From a virus: DNA of 64,000 nucleotides. The DNA is taken from IMG/VR virus record IMGVR_UViG_3300017824_001452. The stretch is one strand, 5' to 3'. The translations under genes and the position numbers were made by a program. Within the stretch, counting starts at the first letter, position 1. Each line of letters begins with the position of its first letter. Positions 19,604-28,781 of the stretch are shown here, piece after piece. Below the pieces are notes generated by a model, which worked only from the letters and a program-made list of their open reading frames with translations, did no database searches and was not told the DNA's origin.

Positions 19604-20011
19604 CTATTGTTTACTGCTAAATGCTTTTCCTGCTTCAGCAATACCAAATGATCCTAATGTGACAACAACAAAAGACGTATAGATAAAGTCTGATATAACT
19701 AAATCAGTGCCGTCTAATCCTGTCACTAAGTCTACGATACCAAACGCAACCATCATAAAGAACGATGCAAATCCAATGATTGATTTCTCATTGATTTTGT
19801 TGTCGTCCATAAATAGATGACTAAATTTGAATTTTTCTTTTGGTTTCACTTCATGGGAAACTTTTCTTAAGTCCTGAGTTAATGCTTCCATCTCTCTGAT
19901 TTTGTCATTAGCCTCGTCTAGTTTTAGAAGTAGATCAGTATATTTGTCTAAATCTAAATTTTGAACGACTCCGTCGCCGCCCTCGATTTCGATGTTTTCT
20001 TTGTCACTCAT
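19604..20011 (-). CDS. Coiled-coil + two-TM membrane protein
   Basis: N-terminal coiled coil; 'INEKSIIGFASF..' and 'FVVVTLGSFGI' helices. Confidence 0.8.
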   Translation of the reverse strand: MSDKENIEIEGGDGVVQNLDLDKYTDLLLKLDEANDKIREMEALTQDLRKVSHEVKPKEKFKFSHLFMDDNKINEKSIIGFASFFMMVAFGIVDLVTGLDGTDLVISDFIYTSFVVVTLGSFGIAEAGKAFSSKQ

Positions 20012-22833
20012 TATTTTTCTCCTGTGTCTTCATCTGGGTTTATTCCATATTGCATAAGAACCATCTTATACAACTTGTCTTGTGTTTGCCCGGCCATACG
20101 ATAGAATCCCATCTTGTTATCATCTATCTTACCGTCAGGCATTTGTTTGCTGTCGTACCATTGATTTTCATTATTAGCATAAACTTGTACACCTGTATAT
20201 GCACTAAAGCCTGCTGTATAACCTATATAAGCAACAGCAACAGTTTGGTCTGCGTATCCGCCATCTTCAGTTGGTCCGCCTTCCTGAATACTTTGTAATT
20301 GCTCTTGTAAGTTTTGTGCGGCAACTTGCGAACCTACTTTGTCTGCTAGACTTTCAACTGCTTGGGTAGTACGTTGTTCTTGGACAGAATTCTGTACTTC
20401 AAACCGTTGAAAGTTTGGTGTTTGTTGACTTAAAAACTCAGTCAATCCTGTACCCGTTGATAATGCTTCAGTTAAATTGTCTCCAAAATCAGCATCGGCT
20501 TGAGTAACACCACTACCGTCGTCAAATGAGTCTATAAATAATGGTTCTTCTTGTAATTGTTCTTGTTGCTGTTCAGCAACTTGGAACGCAGAAGTTTGTA
20601 CGACATCTACAGATGTATTAGCCGCATCGATTGATGTATCAACTTGACCAGTAATCTGTTCAAATTGTTGTTGGCTAGAATCATCTGCAACACCGGTTGA
20701 CTCACTACCTGAGGAACCAGTGCTGTTAAAACTACCATCGTTTTGTTGCATTGCAATACTTTGTGATCCTGAATCAACTTGAACTGATTCAGCACTACCA
20801 TCAGATATTACATTTTCAATAACGTTAGCAGTTTGGGTATCATCAGAAACCTCAGTAAGAACCTGTGCAATAGCAACAGATTGAGATGCTGGTTTCTTAG
20901 ATGATGTTGAAGAACTGCTTTTAGCCTGTGAGGCTTCTTTTTCAACTTTAGCAATTTCTTCTTTAATTTCTTCTTTAATTTCTTCTTGTTCTTCAGCAAC
21001 GATGACTTCTTCGGCTTCTTCTATTACTTCAGTAAGTTCTTCAATAGAGTCTTCTGCTACTAATTCTTCTAATACGTCTTCACTGATTAATTCTGCTAAT
21101 GCCTCGTCTTCTTCTGCTAAAACGTTAAACACTTCTTCCGACTCTACAAATATAGGTTCTTCAGAAACTTCTTCACTTGCTACCCAAACTTCTTCTTCGG
21201 GTGCACCTGCTACATAAAGTTCATAATCAACTGTATTTTCTTCTTGTTGGTATACTGTTGTTTCAACTTCATATGTTTCAACTTCATATGTTTCTATTAA
21301 TGCGATTTCTTGTTCTGTTTGTTGCTGTTGAAATTCTTCAACAGGCATGTTCATTTCTACAATTGGATCAACATTAGAGACAGAGTTTATTACATCTATA
21401 TTAGTATTATCAACCTGAAATATTTCAACTCCTGAATCTATTAACGACTCTTCTCCTGATACTGCAATTGATTCAACCCCTGTTGTTGTAAACATGTTTT
21501 CTGTCATATCTTGTTCAGTATATGAGCCATCATCGGCACCACTGAAATCAGATTCAAAAGTTTCGTTACCGGTCATTGCTCCGTCGTCTGATCCGTCATT
21601 ACTTACAAAACCCAGGTCAGAGCCGTCATCACTATATCCAGTAGATCCATCATTAGTAAATTCACTATATTCGTCATCGTACCCGGTAGATCCATTTGAT
21701 GAAAAACTTCCTGTCGAAGAATCATACTCTGAACCAGATGATTCTGCTAATGCAGTTTGATAGTTAGGACATGAAGGATCACTTAAAGGATTAATATCAC
21801 ATTGATCTACTTCCGGCTCAGGCTCTATGTATCCAGGACATTGAGAATCATATTGAGCATCTAAATTACATTGTTGATCTAAGTATGCTTGTTCATAGCC
21901 AGAACACTCAGTACTGGATAATGGATCATTTGTACAAGGGTCAAGTAAAGATTGTCCATTATTGCCTTCATGGTAATATATGGCTCCGCCGCCCTCTAAG
22001 TATCCGCCGTCAAACTCGTCCCAGGTTGCATTCCCATTTGTCTCGTCATCATAAAATACATATTGAGTATAATTTGAATTATCTTTTTTCTCTCCAATTA
22101 AAACATCATGTTGTACAATATCTAATTCACCATAAGCAAATGTATAATTGTCAGGCATATTAACTTCTGCTCTTTCAGCATCAGTACAACGGTCTTCTCC
22201 GCATTTTGCTAAAGAGTCATTATAATCGTATATGTAAACTTCAAAACTATTATTAGAAGCCCTGTTATATTCCATTAAATTGTACCATCCTAATATAACG
22301 TAGTCATCAAATGTTTTGTATAATAATGCACTATCATTATTCATACCGATCATGTCAGTATAGAAAGGAAAAAGAACATCGTACCATCCCCATTGTCCTC
22401 CAGAAGTTGTGTTTAATTGATCTGGTGTCCAGTCTGAACAATATCTAGGCCCTTCATCTGCTTTAGTTAACATAAAACAACCATTAGTACTCATGTAACC
22501 ACCAGTAAATGAGTCGTTGTGCCACTCCCATGAAAAACCAAATTCTACTTTGGCAGGACATCCACCGTCATCCTGAAAATATCCACTGCTGTTGATATTA
22601 TTGAAATTCCAACAACCCTTAATACCTGTTTCTCCTGCGGCTTGTCTGTCATAAAGATTGTATAAATCTCCAAACGTATTACTAATTTCGTAAACCGTAT
22701 CGGTACCATCGGCATTCGTTTCTAGGGAGTATTGGTATTGGCCTGTCCCTGTTGTCCATGCAGTGCCGTTACCGGCTACTGCAAAGTTAGGTAATGTTAA
22801 TAGTAATAATATTAAGAGTTTAATTCGAACCAT
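20011..22833 (-). CDS. Secreted protein: signal peptide, NIDO-like domain, Cys repeats, acidic stalk
   Basis: MVRIKLLILLLLTLPNFAVA signal; 'FGFSWEWHNDSFTGGYMSTNG' NIDO-like; three C-x6-8-C-x2-Y repeats; long E/D/S/Q-rich region. Confidence 0.75.
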   Translation of the reverse strand: MVRIKLLILLLLTLPNFAVAGNGTAWTTGTGQYQYSLETNADGTDTVYEISNTFGDLYNLYDRQAAGETGIKGCWNFNNINSSGYFQDDGGCPAKVEFGFSWEWHNDSFTGGYMSTNGCFMLTKADEGPRYCSDWTPDQLNTTSGGQWGWYDVLFPFYTDMIGMNNDSALLYKTFDDYVILGWYNLMEYNRASNNSFEVYIYDYNDSLAKCGEDRCTDAERAEVNMPDNYTFAYGELDIVQHDVLIGEKKDNSNYTQYVFYDDETNGNATWDEFDGGYLEGGGAIYYHEGNNGQSLLDPCTNDPLSSTECSGYEQAYLDQQCNLDAQYDSQCPGYIEPEPEVDQCDINPLSDPSCPNYQTALAESSGSEYDSSTGSFSSNGSTGYDDEYSEFTNDGSTGYSDDGSDLGFVSNDGSDDGAMTGNETFESDFSGADDGSYTEQDMTENMFTTTGVESIAVSGEESLIDSGVEIFQVDNTNIDVINSVSNVDPIVEMNMPVEEFQQQQTEQEIALIETYEVETYEVETTVYQQEENTVDYELYVAGAPEEEVWVASEEVSEEPIFVESEEVFNVLAEEDEALAELISEDVLEELVAEDSIEELTEVIEEAEEVIVAEEQEEIKEEIKEEIAKVEKEASQAKSSSSTSSKKPASQSVAIAQVLTEVSDDTQTANVIENVISDGSAESVQVDSGSQSIAMQQNDGSFNSTGSSGSESTGVADDSSQQQFEQITGQVDTSIDAANTSVDVVQTSAFQVAEQQQEQLQEEPLFIDSFDDGSGVTQADADFGDNLTEALSTGTGLTEFLSQQTPNFQRFEVQNSVQEQRTTQAVESLADKVGSQVAAQNLQEQLQSIQEGGPTEDGGYADQTVAVAYIGYTAGFSAYTGVQVYANNENQWYDSKQMPDGKIDDNKMGFYRMAGQTQDKLYKMVLMQYGINPDEDTGEK

Positions 22834-24137
22834 TCTCTCTCACAAGTCCTACTAGATTTACGTCTTCCTTTAAAGTCAGGTCTAGTACATTTTTCGATGA
22901 AAGCGGCTTGATCAGCAGTCACATTAGAAATATTATCTTCTTCTATTTCATCATTGTTCGTAAATAAACCTAAAAACTTGTCTTTAGTAGTTGCACTTGA
23001 GTCAGGTCTTCTTCCTTCATTTTCTTCCCACTGCTCAGAAGCGGCTGGACCAATAGCACCCATATATGGACAAGGTGTACCTGCCATCTCCATTGCTCTA
23101 AACACTCTAGGATCCTGACACATTAATGATACTGCGGCTACTTTCATACCCATATCATATATTGTTTTAGATAGTTTGATCCTTTCACAGTTCATATCTC
23201 TAACAGACTTACCACCTGATATACCAAATACTTGCCCCTGAAACGCACCAGACACACCAGTTGTACATAAATCTTGTGAATAACTTGACCCTATGCTTGG
23301 TGCAATTGCACTAGCAGGTGGCGCCTTTGTAGTGATCTCTTGTTTGATAGTCTGATCAGTTTTGTTTATGTTGGTGTTATTGTTCGTGTTGGTGTTATTG
23401 TTTTCAGACTTGTTGTTAGTCGTAACATTGGACTCACTTGTACTAGTCGAAGTGTTGTTATTGTTATTGGTATTAGTATTATTTGAGGTCGTATTATTAT
23501 TGTTATTATTCGTATTGGTTGACGTAGAATTGCTGTTGCTATTTACGTTCTGGTTAATGTTAGAATTGTTATTGTTAGTATTCGTATTATTGGAAGTACT
23601 ATTCACCGTTGTATTATTGGTGTTGTTATTGGTATTAGTATTGGTATTGTTACTTGTAGTATTATTAGTATTGGTGTTTACATTCGTATTGGTATTGGTG
23701 TTGTTACTTGTGGTATTGTTGGTATTAGTATTGTTATTGGTGTTGGTATTGTTACTAGTACTGGTTGAAGTATTAGTATTCGTATTAGTATTCGTATTAT
23801 TATTGGTATTGTTATTGGTATTTGTTGATGTACTGGTTGAAGTATTAGTATTGGTATTGTTATTAGTGTTATTATTGGTGTTAGTATTGGTATTGGTGTT
23901 GGTATTAGTGTTGGTATTAGTGTTGGTGTTGGTGTTGGTATTGTTACTAGTACTGGTTGAAGTATTAGTATTCGTATTAGTGTTTGTATTGGTATTGGTT
24001 GATGTACTGGTTGTAGTTGATGCCGTACAATTCTCAGTACCGGCTGTACAAGTTCCAGTAGCCTGTGCAAAAATATTTGGGCTGGCAACCCCGACACTAA
24101 ATAAAATTAGTGCGATTTTCAATTGTCTCATATGCAT
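22812..24137 (-). CDS. Secreted Thr/Asn-repeat protein with Cys-rich C-terminal domain
   Basis: Likely start ATG 24137 or 24131 (RBS aaggga); signal peptide ..PNIFA; about 220-aa TN repeat; C-terminal 'APPASAIAPS..DLC..GVSG..NCERIKL..GMKVAAVSLMCQD..AGTPCP'. Confidence 0.8.
   Translation of the reverse strand: MHMRQLKIALILFSVGVASPNIFAQATGTCTAGTENCTASTTTSTSTNTNTNTNTNTNTSTSTSNNTNTNTNTNTNTNTNTNTNTNTNNNTNNNTNTNTSTSTSTNTNNNTNNNTNTNTNTNTSTSTSNNTNTNNNTNTNNTTSNNTNTNTNVNTNTNNTTSNNTNTNTNNNTNNTTVNSTSNNTNTNNNNSNINQNVNSNSNSTSTNTNNNNNNTTSNNTNTNNNNNTSTSTSESNVTTNNKSENNNTNTNNNTNINKTDQTIKQEITTKAPPASAIAPSIGSSYSQDLCTTGVSGAFQGQVFGISGGKSVRDMNCERIKLSKTIYDMGMKVAAVSLMCQDPRVFRAMEMAGTPCPYMGAIGPAASEQWEENEGRRPDSSATTKDKFLGLFTNNDEIEEDNISNVTADQAAFIEKCTRPDFKGRRKSSRTCEREWFELNS
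23362..24020. repeat. Low-complexity coding repeat (Thr-Asn)n with internal block duplications
   Basis: Imperfect hexamer array (gtattg/gtgttg/gtatta); block ttactagtactggttgaagtattagtattcgtattagt occurs near 23752 and 23944. Confidence 0.9.
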
Positions 24138-24176
24138 GGTATGTGATTCCCTTAATCGTAAGTTAGTTCGCACTAG

Positions 24177-24184
24177 TATTTATG
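24177..24184 (-). promoter_or_regulatory. T4-late-like promoter driving the minus-strand cassette
   Basis: CATAAATA on the minus strand about 40 nt upstream of the start of the TN-repeat gene. Confidence 0.6.
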
Positions 24185-24297
24185 ATTCTGGGTCAGAAAT
24201 TTCATATATAGCACATGATACAGAGATTGTTGTTACTCAGGTCCCTAAACTTGGAGATCGCACTTTTTATAAGTTTTTTATAAATGGGTAAATCAGG

Positions 24298-24337
24298 CAT
24301 AAATACTTATTGACATAGGAAGATATTAGTGTATAAT
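24298..24337 (+). promoter_or_regulatory. Tandem late (CATAAATA) and sigma70 promoters for the ssb operon
   Basis: CATAAATA 24298-24305; TTGACA 24310-24315, 16 nt, TATAAT 24332-24337. Confidence 0.75.
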
Positions 24338-24441
24338 AGATTCATGTGTCATGTTTTTAACAAAACTAAACTAGTGAGACTTCGGTCTTGCGACAACACA
24401 TATAAAACTAAACTTAGGCATACATTAAAGGAGAAAACATT

Positions 24442-25437
24442 ATGGCCAGTCTAGCAGACATCCGTGCCCGTCTCGCGGCACAAGAAAATAAATCATCTGG
24501 ATCTAAGTATCCAACATCTGATGGAGCGATCTATCCACATTGGAAAATGGACGAAGGAGCATCTTGCTCACTACGTTTCTTACCCGATGCGGATACTAAC
24601 AATTCGTTCTTTTGGATTGAGAGACAAGTTATTAAACTACCGTTTAATGGCGTGAAAGGTGATCCTAATGTGAGACAAGTAACAGTACAAGTACCGTGCG
24701 TAGAAATGTTCGGTGAAAATTGTCCTGTATTAGCAGAAGTTCGTCCTTGGTACAAAGACGAAACTCTTAAAGAAATGGCAAACAAATACTGGAAGAAAAG
24801 ATCATATATCTTTCAAGGTTTTGTTCGTCAAAATCCAATTGGGGAAGACAGCACCCCTGCGAATCCTATTCGTAGATTTGTTATTTCACCTCAAATCTTT
24901 CAAACTATCAAAAGTTCATTGATGGATCCTGAGATTGAAGAATTGCCAACTGATATGATGCGTGGTCTTGATTTTAATATCAGAAAGACTACAAAAGGTC
25001 AGTATGCTGATTATTCAACATCGTCATGGTCTAGGAAAGAATCTGCACTAACAGATGTAGAACAAGCGGCTATCGAAGCACACGGTCTATTTAATCTAGC
25101 AGACTTCTTACCTAAGAAGCCTTCAGAAGCAGAACTCAGAGTCATTAAAGAAATGTTCGAGGCATCAGTAGATGGTCGTCCATATGACACTGACAAGTTT
25201 GGAGCATACTATCGTCCTTTCGGTATCGATGCACCCGAGACTGCTAAAGTAGATGAATCAACTTCAAGTGCACCAGCACCCGCAGTTGAGACACCTGCCC
25301 CAGTCGCAGAACCAGTAGTAGAAACTGCACCAGCAGTAGAAACTCCTTCAGCGGCCCCAGCAGAAAGTTCTGAACCATCAAGTGATAAAGCACAAGACAT
25401 TCTAGCAATGATCCGTGCAAGACAAAACAATTCTTAA
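24442..25437 (+). CDS. Single-stranded DNA-binding protein (T4 gp32-like)
   Basis: 'LRFLPD', 'VPC.EM....CPV', 'G.DFNI.K..KG.YADYS.S.W'; directly upstream of the uvsX/uvsY genes. Confidence 0.85.
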   Translation: MASLADIRARLAAQENKSSGSKYPTSDGAIYPHWKMDEGASCSLRFLPDADTNNSFFWIERQVIKLPFNGVKGDPNVRQVTVQVPCVEMFGENCPVLAEVRPWYKDETLKEMANKYWKKRSYIFQGFVRQNPIGEDSTPANPIRRFVISPQIFQTIKSSLMDPEIEELPTDMMRGLDFNIRKTTKGQYADYSTSSWSRKESALTDVEQAAIEAHGLFNLADFLPKKPSEAELRVIKEMFEASVDGRPYDTDKFGAYYRPFGIDAPETAKVDESTSSAPAPAVETPAPVAEPVVETAPAVETPSAAPAESSEPSSDKAQDILAMIRARQNNS

Positions 25438-25446
25438 TTGTTAGTC

Positions 25447-25472
25447 TGGGGGAGGCAACTCCCCCATATTTT
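25447..25472 (+). terminator. Intrinsic terminator
   Basis: tgggggag-gcaa-ctccccca (GNRA loop) followed by tatttt. Confidence 0.75.
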
Positions 25473-25488
25473 GTAGGAGAAAATTAAA

Positions 25489-25725
25489 ATGACACTACCA
25501 GACGAAAGATTTAGAGCCCTTAAACAAGGGAAGAAATTATTAGAAGAATTATGCGATCCGGGTAAAACTCCGCGTGTACCAAGTCTTATCAGAGATAGGG
25601 CAAGAGCCGCACTAAGACATTACCCTGCTGATTTCGATTTAGATGATATGGCAGAAGCCTGCCCAGAAATCTTGCAAAAGCCTTCTAACTCTAGTAGAAT
25701 TAACAACAAACAATCTAATCAATAG
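25489..25725 (+). CDS. Small conserved protein (BPSL0761-like)
   Basis: 'MTLPDER.RAL...P.VP..IR..AR..LRHYP'. Confidence 0.6.
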   Translation: MTLPDERFRALKQGKKLLEELCDPGKTPRVPSLIRDRARAALRHYPADFDLDDMAEACPEILQKPSNSSRINNKQSNQ

Positions 25726-25733
25726 GAGTAATT

Positions 25734-26810
25734 GTGGCAAAACCATTTGACGTTTCCAAATTTAGGAAAGACATAACCAAATCCATTGACGGCTTGTCAA
25801 TAGGATTCAATGATCCAACAGACTGGATCTCAACGGGTTCTTATGCACTCAACTATCTTATCTCAGGTGATTTTCACAGAGGTGTTCCTTTAGGTAAGGT
25901 TACTGTATTTGCAGGAGAATCAGGCGCAGGTAAATCATATTTCGCCGCAGGCAACATTGTAAAGTCAGCACAAGATCAGGGCATCTTTGTAGTCTTAATT
26001 GACTCAGAGAATGCACTTGATGAAACTTGGCTACATGCATTGGGTGTCGATACTTCAGAAGAAAAACTTTTGAAGTTGAGCATGAGTATGATTGACGATG
26101 TAGCAAAAACTATCTCAACCTTTATGAAAGATTATAAAGACATGGCAGACGAAGAACGTCCTAAAGTGTTATTTGTAATTGACTCATTGGGTATGTTACT
26201 GACCCCAACTGATGTTGATCAATTTGACAAAGGTGATATGAAAGGTGACATGGGTCGTAAGCCTAAGGCATTGACTGCTTTAGTTAGGAACTCAGTTAAC
26301 ATGTTCGGTAGTTATAACGTTGGACTCGTTGCAACTAATCATACATATGCATCACAAGATATGTTTGACCCAGACGATAAAATCTCTGGTGGTCAAGGCT
26401 TTATCTATGCATCAAGTATCGTAGTTGCTATGAAGAAAATGAAACTAAAAGAAGACGCCGCAGGAAATAAAATCTCTGATGTCAGAGGTATTCGTGCAGG
26501 TTGTAAAGTAATGAAGACTCGTTATGCAAAACCTTTCGAGGGTGTGCAAGTGAAGATTCCTTATGAAACAGGTATGAATCCCTATTCTGGTTTAGTTGAT
26601 TTGTTTGAGAAATCAGGCTTACTAACTAAGCAAGGCAATCGTTTAAAGTATATCACTCAATCTGGTGAAGAAGTTCTCAAGTTTAGAAAGCCTTGGGAAG
26701 CAAATGAAGACGGGTGTTTGGATATGCTTATGTCAGAATACTCTGAAGTTAAAACTGCGTTGGATAATGTAAATAACGAAGAAGACGTATTAGAAACTGT
26801 AGAGGAATAG
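25734..26810 (+). CDS. uvsX: RecA-like recombinase UvsX
   Basis: 'ISTGS..LN', Walker A GESGAGKS, 'IDSE.ALD', 'VIDSL', 'SGG.G..Y..S'. Confidence 0.92.
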   Translation: MAKPFDVSKFRKDITKSIDGLSIGFNDPTDWISTGSYALNYLISGDFHRGVPLGKVTVFAGESGAGKSYFAAGNIVKSAQDQGIFVVLIDSENALDETWLHALGVDTSEEKLLKLSMSMIDDVAKTISTFMKDYKDMADEERPKVLFVIDSLGMLLTPTDVDQFDKGDMKGDMGRKPKALTALVRNSVNMFGSYNVGLVATNHTYASQDMFDPDDKISGGQGFIYASSIVVAMKKMKLKEDAAGNKISDVRGIRAGCKVMKTRYAKPFEGVQVKIPYETGMNPYSGLVDLFEKSGLLTKQGNRLKYITQSGEEVLKFRKPWEANEDGCLDMLMSEYSEVKTALDNVNNEEDVLETVEE

Positions 26811-26813
26811 CAT

Positions 26814-27065
26814 ATGAATTTGAATGATTTAGCCAGAATCTGGGAAATCATCAAACCTTCGATTGAAGATGGTGATATACACGAAGCGGCTGACGTACTC
26901 GTCAATCATTTAATCGATGAAGGCATGACTGCACAAGAAATAAAGAAAGCCTTCAAAGACGATAAAAAGATCAAGGAAGCATTATCTTACTTTTCAGAAG
27001 ACGAAGATGAAGTTTGGGAAGAAGACGATGATGACTATGATGAAGTTGATGATGAGTGGGATTAG
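26814..27065 (+). CDS. Hypothetical acidic protein
   Basis: 83-aa ORF with D/E-rich C-terminus, RBS gagga. Confidence 0.7.
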   Translation: MNLNDLARIWEIIKPSIEDGDIHEAADVLVNHLIDEGMTAQEIKKAFKDDKKIKEALSYFSEDEDEVWEEDDDDYDEVDDEWD

Positions 27066-27074
27066 GGGTATTAC

Positions 27075-27533
27075 TTGAATTGGTATACACGTATTAGCCA
27101 TGACTTGTCAGTAATACCTGACTTCATTGCTCATTACGAATCAGAACTGCTGTCTAGTAAAAAGGATTGCATTGTCAGTGGTTATGTTGAGAAACATATA
27201 TCAGCACTGCCAGGCATAACAGAACATCGTTTCAATCAACTACAAGAGATTGAAGCGGTGCTCAACCTTCTTAATATCAAACTACGTAAGATTCGCAGAA
27301 CACATTTTCAAAAATACTTAGAGAAATATCAACGAGCCTTAACTTCACGTGATGCTGAAAAGTATGTAGATGGAGAAGATGAAGTGATAGACTTTGAGTA
27401 TCTTATCAACGAAGTAGCCCTGCTTAGAAATAAGTATCTGGGCATAATGAAAGGCCTAGACGCAAAACAGTGGCAAATGGGACATATTGTACGTCTCAGA
27501 ACTGCTGGTATGGAAGATATCCAAGTAGATTAA
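27075..27533 (+). CDS. uvsY: Recombination mediator UvsY-like
   Basis: Helical protein 'EKYVDGE.EV...I.K.LD.K.WQ..H'; located just downstream of uvsX. Confidence 0.7.
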   Translation: MNWYTRISHDLSVIPDFIAHYESELLSSKKDCIVSGYVEKHISALPGITEHRFNQLQEIEAVLNLLNIKLRKIRRTHFQKYLEKYQRALTSRDAEKYVDGEDEVIDFEYLINEVALLRNKYLGIMKGLDAKQWQMGHIVRLRTAGMEDIQVD

Positions 27534-27588
27534 TCGTAACTCATTGATTTTACTAGGCGAAATAATGGTAAAATAATGGTAAAAAGGC

Positions 27589-27617
27589 TTGACATTTGGT
27601 ACCTTTTTCCGTATAAT
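27589..27617 (+). promoter_or_regulatory. Consensus sigma70 promoter P1
   Basis: TTGACA-17-TATAAT with an A-rich UP region containing a direct repeat aataatggtaa x2. Confidence 0.85.
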
Positions 27618-27676
27618 AGATAGTATGAAAAGTCAAAAAGCAAACAAAAAAATCTTAAAAAAGTTTGCCCAAAGGC

Positions 27677-27705
27677 TTGACATTACTACCCAAAGGTAGT
27701 ATAAT
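27677..27705 (+). promoter_or_regulatory. Consensus sigma70 promoter P2
   Basis: TTGACA-17-TATAAT; spacer carries the palindrome tactacc-caaa-ggtagta. Confidence 0.85.
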
Positions 27706-27740
27706 TATTGTATAACTTAAACTGACACAACGGAGTTAAT

Positions 27741-28781
27741 ATGACACAGACTATCACAGTAAAGTACGGAGAGTACAGAAATCAACCAATCGTTAATCAA
27801 CAATTTGAGTTGGTTAAGGGTTACGCAACAGGCAAACGCGGTGGATTCGTTACTGTCAAAAATGACGGTAAGTTTCCCCAAGTTCAAATTGCTAATGTTA
27901 AAATCAAAGTTAATAACATTAACGATATCACATGGGGAACTGAGAAACCAATTATGGCTAATCAAGCAGTTGAAGAACTAGCACCCGAGGTGACTGAAAC
28001 AGAAACTGAGGCTATGGACAGAATCAAAACTAGATTCGACATCCTTGATGATATGGCTAAGGCTACTATCGCAGGCGACATTAGAGCAATGATCGTTTCA
28101 GGCCCTCCAGGTGTAGGTAAGTCTTATGGTGTTGAACAACAAATGGAGAAGGCTTCATTGTTTGATCAACTGACTAACAGCAGAACTAGGTATGAAGTTG
28201 TTAAAGGTGCAATGACTGCTCTAGGTCTTTACGCAGTTCTTTACAAGTATTCTGATGCTAAAAACGTTTTAGTGTTTGATGACTGTGACTCTGTTTTTCA
28301 GGACGATCTTGCTCTTAACATTCTTAAGGCAGCCCTTGACTCAGGCAAAAGCAGAAGGATTTGCTGGAACTCTGATTCTAGTCTTCTTAACAGAGAAGGT
28401 ATTCCAAACTCTTTTGAGTTCAAAGGTTCATGTATCTTCATTACTAACTTGAAGTTTGAACACTTGAAGTCTAAGAAGTTGCAGGATCACTTAGAAGCCC
28501 TTCAGTCAAGGTGTCACTTCTTGGATCTGACTATCGACAGTGCTAGAGACAAAATGCTTAGAATCAAGCAGGTTGACAGAGACAGTGACGGTGGTTTGTT
28601 CAAAGACTACGACTTCAACGATGGTCAAGGTCAAGAAATCTTTGACTTCATGGAAGAGAATGCTCACAAACTTAGAGAAATCTCAATGAGAATGGCTCTT
28701 AAGATTGCTGACTTATTCAAAGTGACTGGTGTTAATAACTGGAAAGTGTTAGCAGAGTCAACTTGCATGAAAATCAGATAA
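27741..28781 (+). CDS. Early AAA+ ATPase
   Basis: Walker A GPPGVGKS, Walker B LVFDDCD, 'FITN', 'ALQSR'. Confidence 0.85.
   Translation: MTQTITVKYGEYRNQPIVNQQFELVKGYATGKRGGFVTVKNDGKFPQVQIANVKIKVNNINDITWGTEKPIMANQAVEELAPEVTETETEAMDRIKTRFDILDDMAKATIAGDIRAMIVSGPPGVGKSYGVEQQMEKASLFDQLTNSRTRYEVVKGAMTALGLYAVLYKYSDAKNVLVFDDCDSVFQDDLALNILKAALDSGKSRRICWNSDSSLLNREGIPNSFEFKGSCIFITNLKFEHLKSKKLQDHLEALQSRCHFLDLTIDSARDKMLRIKQVDRDSDGGLFKDYDFNDGQGQEIFDFMEENAHKLREISMRMALKIADLFKVTGVNNWKVLAESTCMKIR

Noticed and set aside
23362-24020. Repeat array as a CRISPR or origin iterons
   Set aside because: No constant repeat with unique spacers; periodicity is codon-based and lies within a CDS
23678-24097. 139-aa Ile/Pro/Leu-rich minus-strand ORF
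   Set aside because: Alternative-frame reading of the same repeat
23362-24291. 309-aa plus-strand Leu/Val-rich ORF that looks like a giant membrane protein
   Set aside because: It is the antisense shadow of the Thr/Asn codons; the minus-strand frame has the signal peptide, RBS, promoter and a globular C-terminal domain
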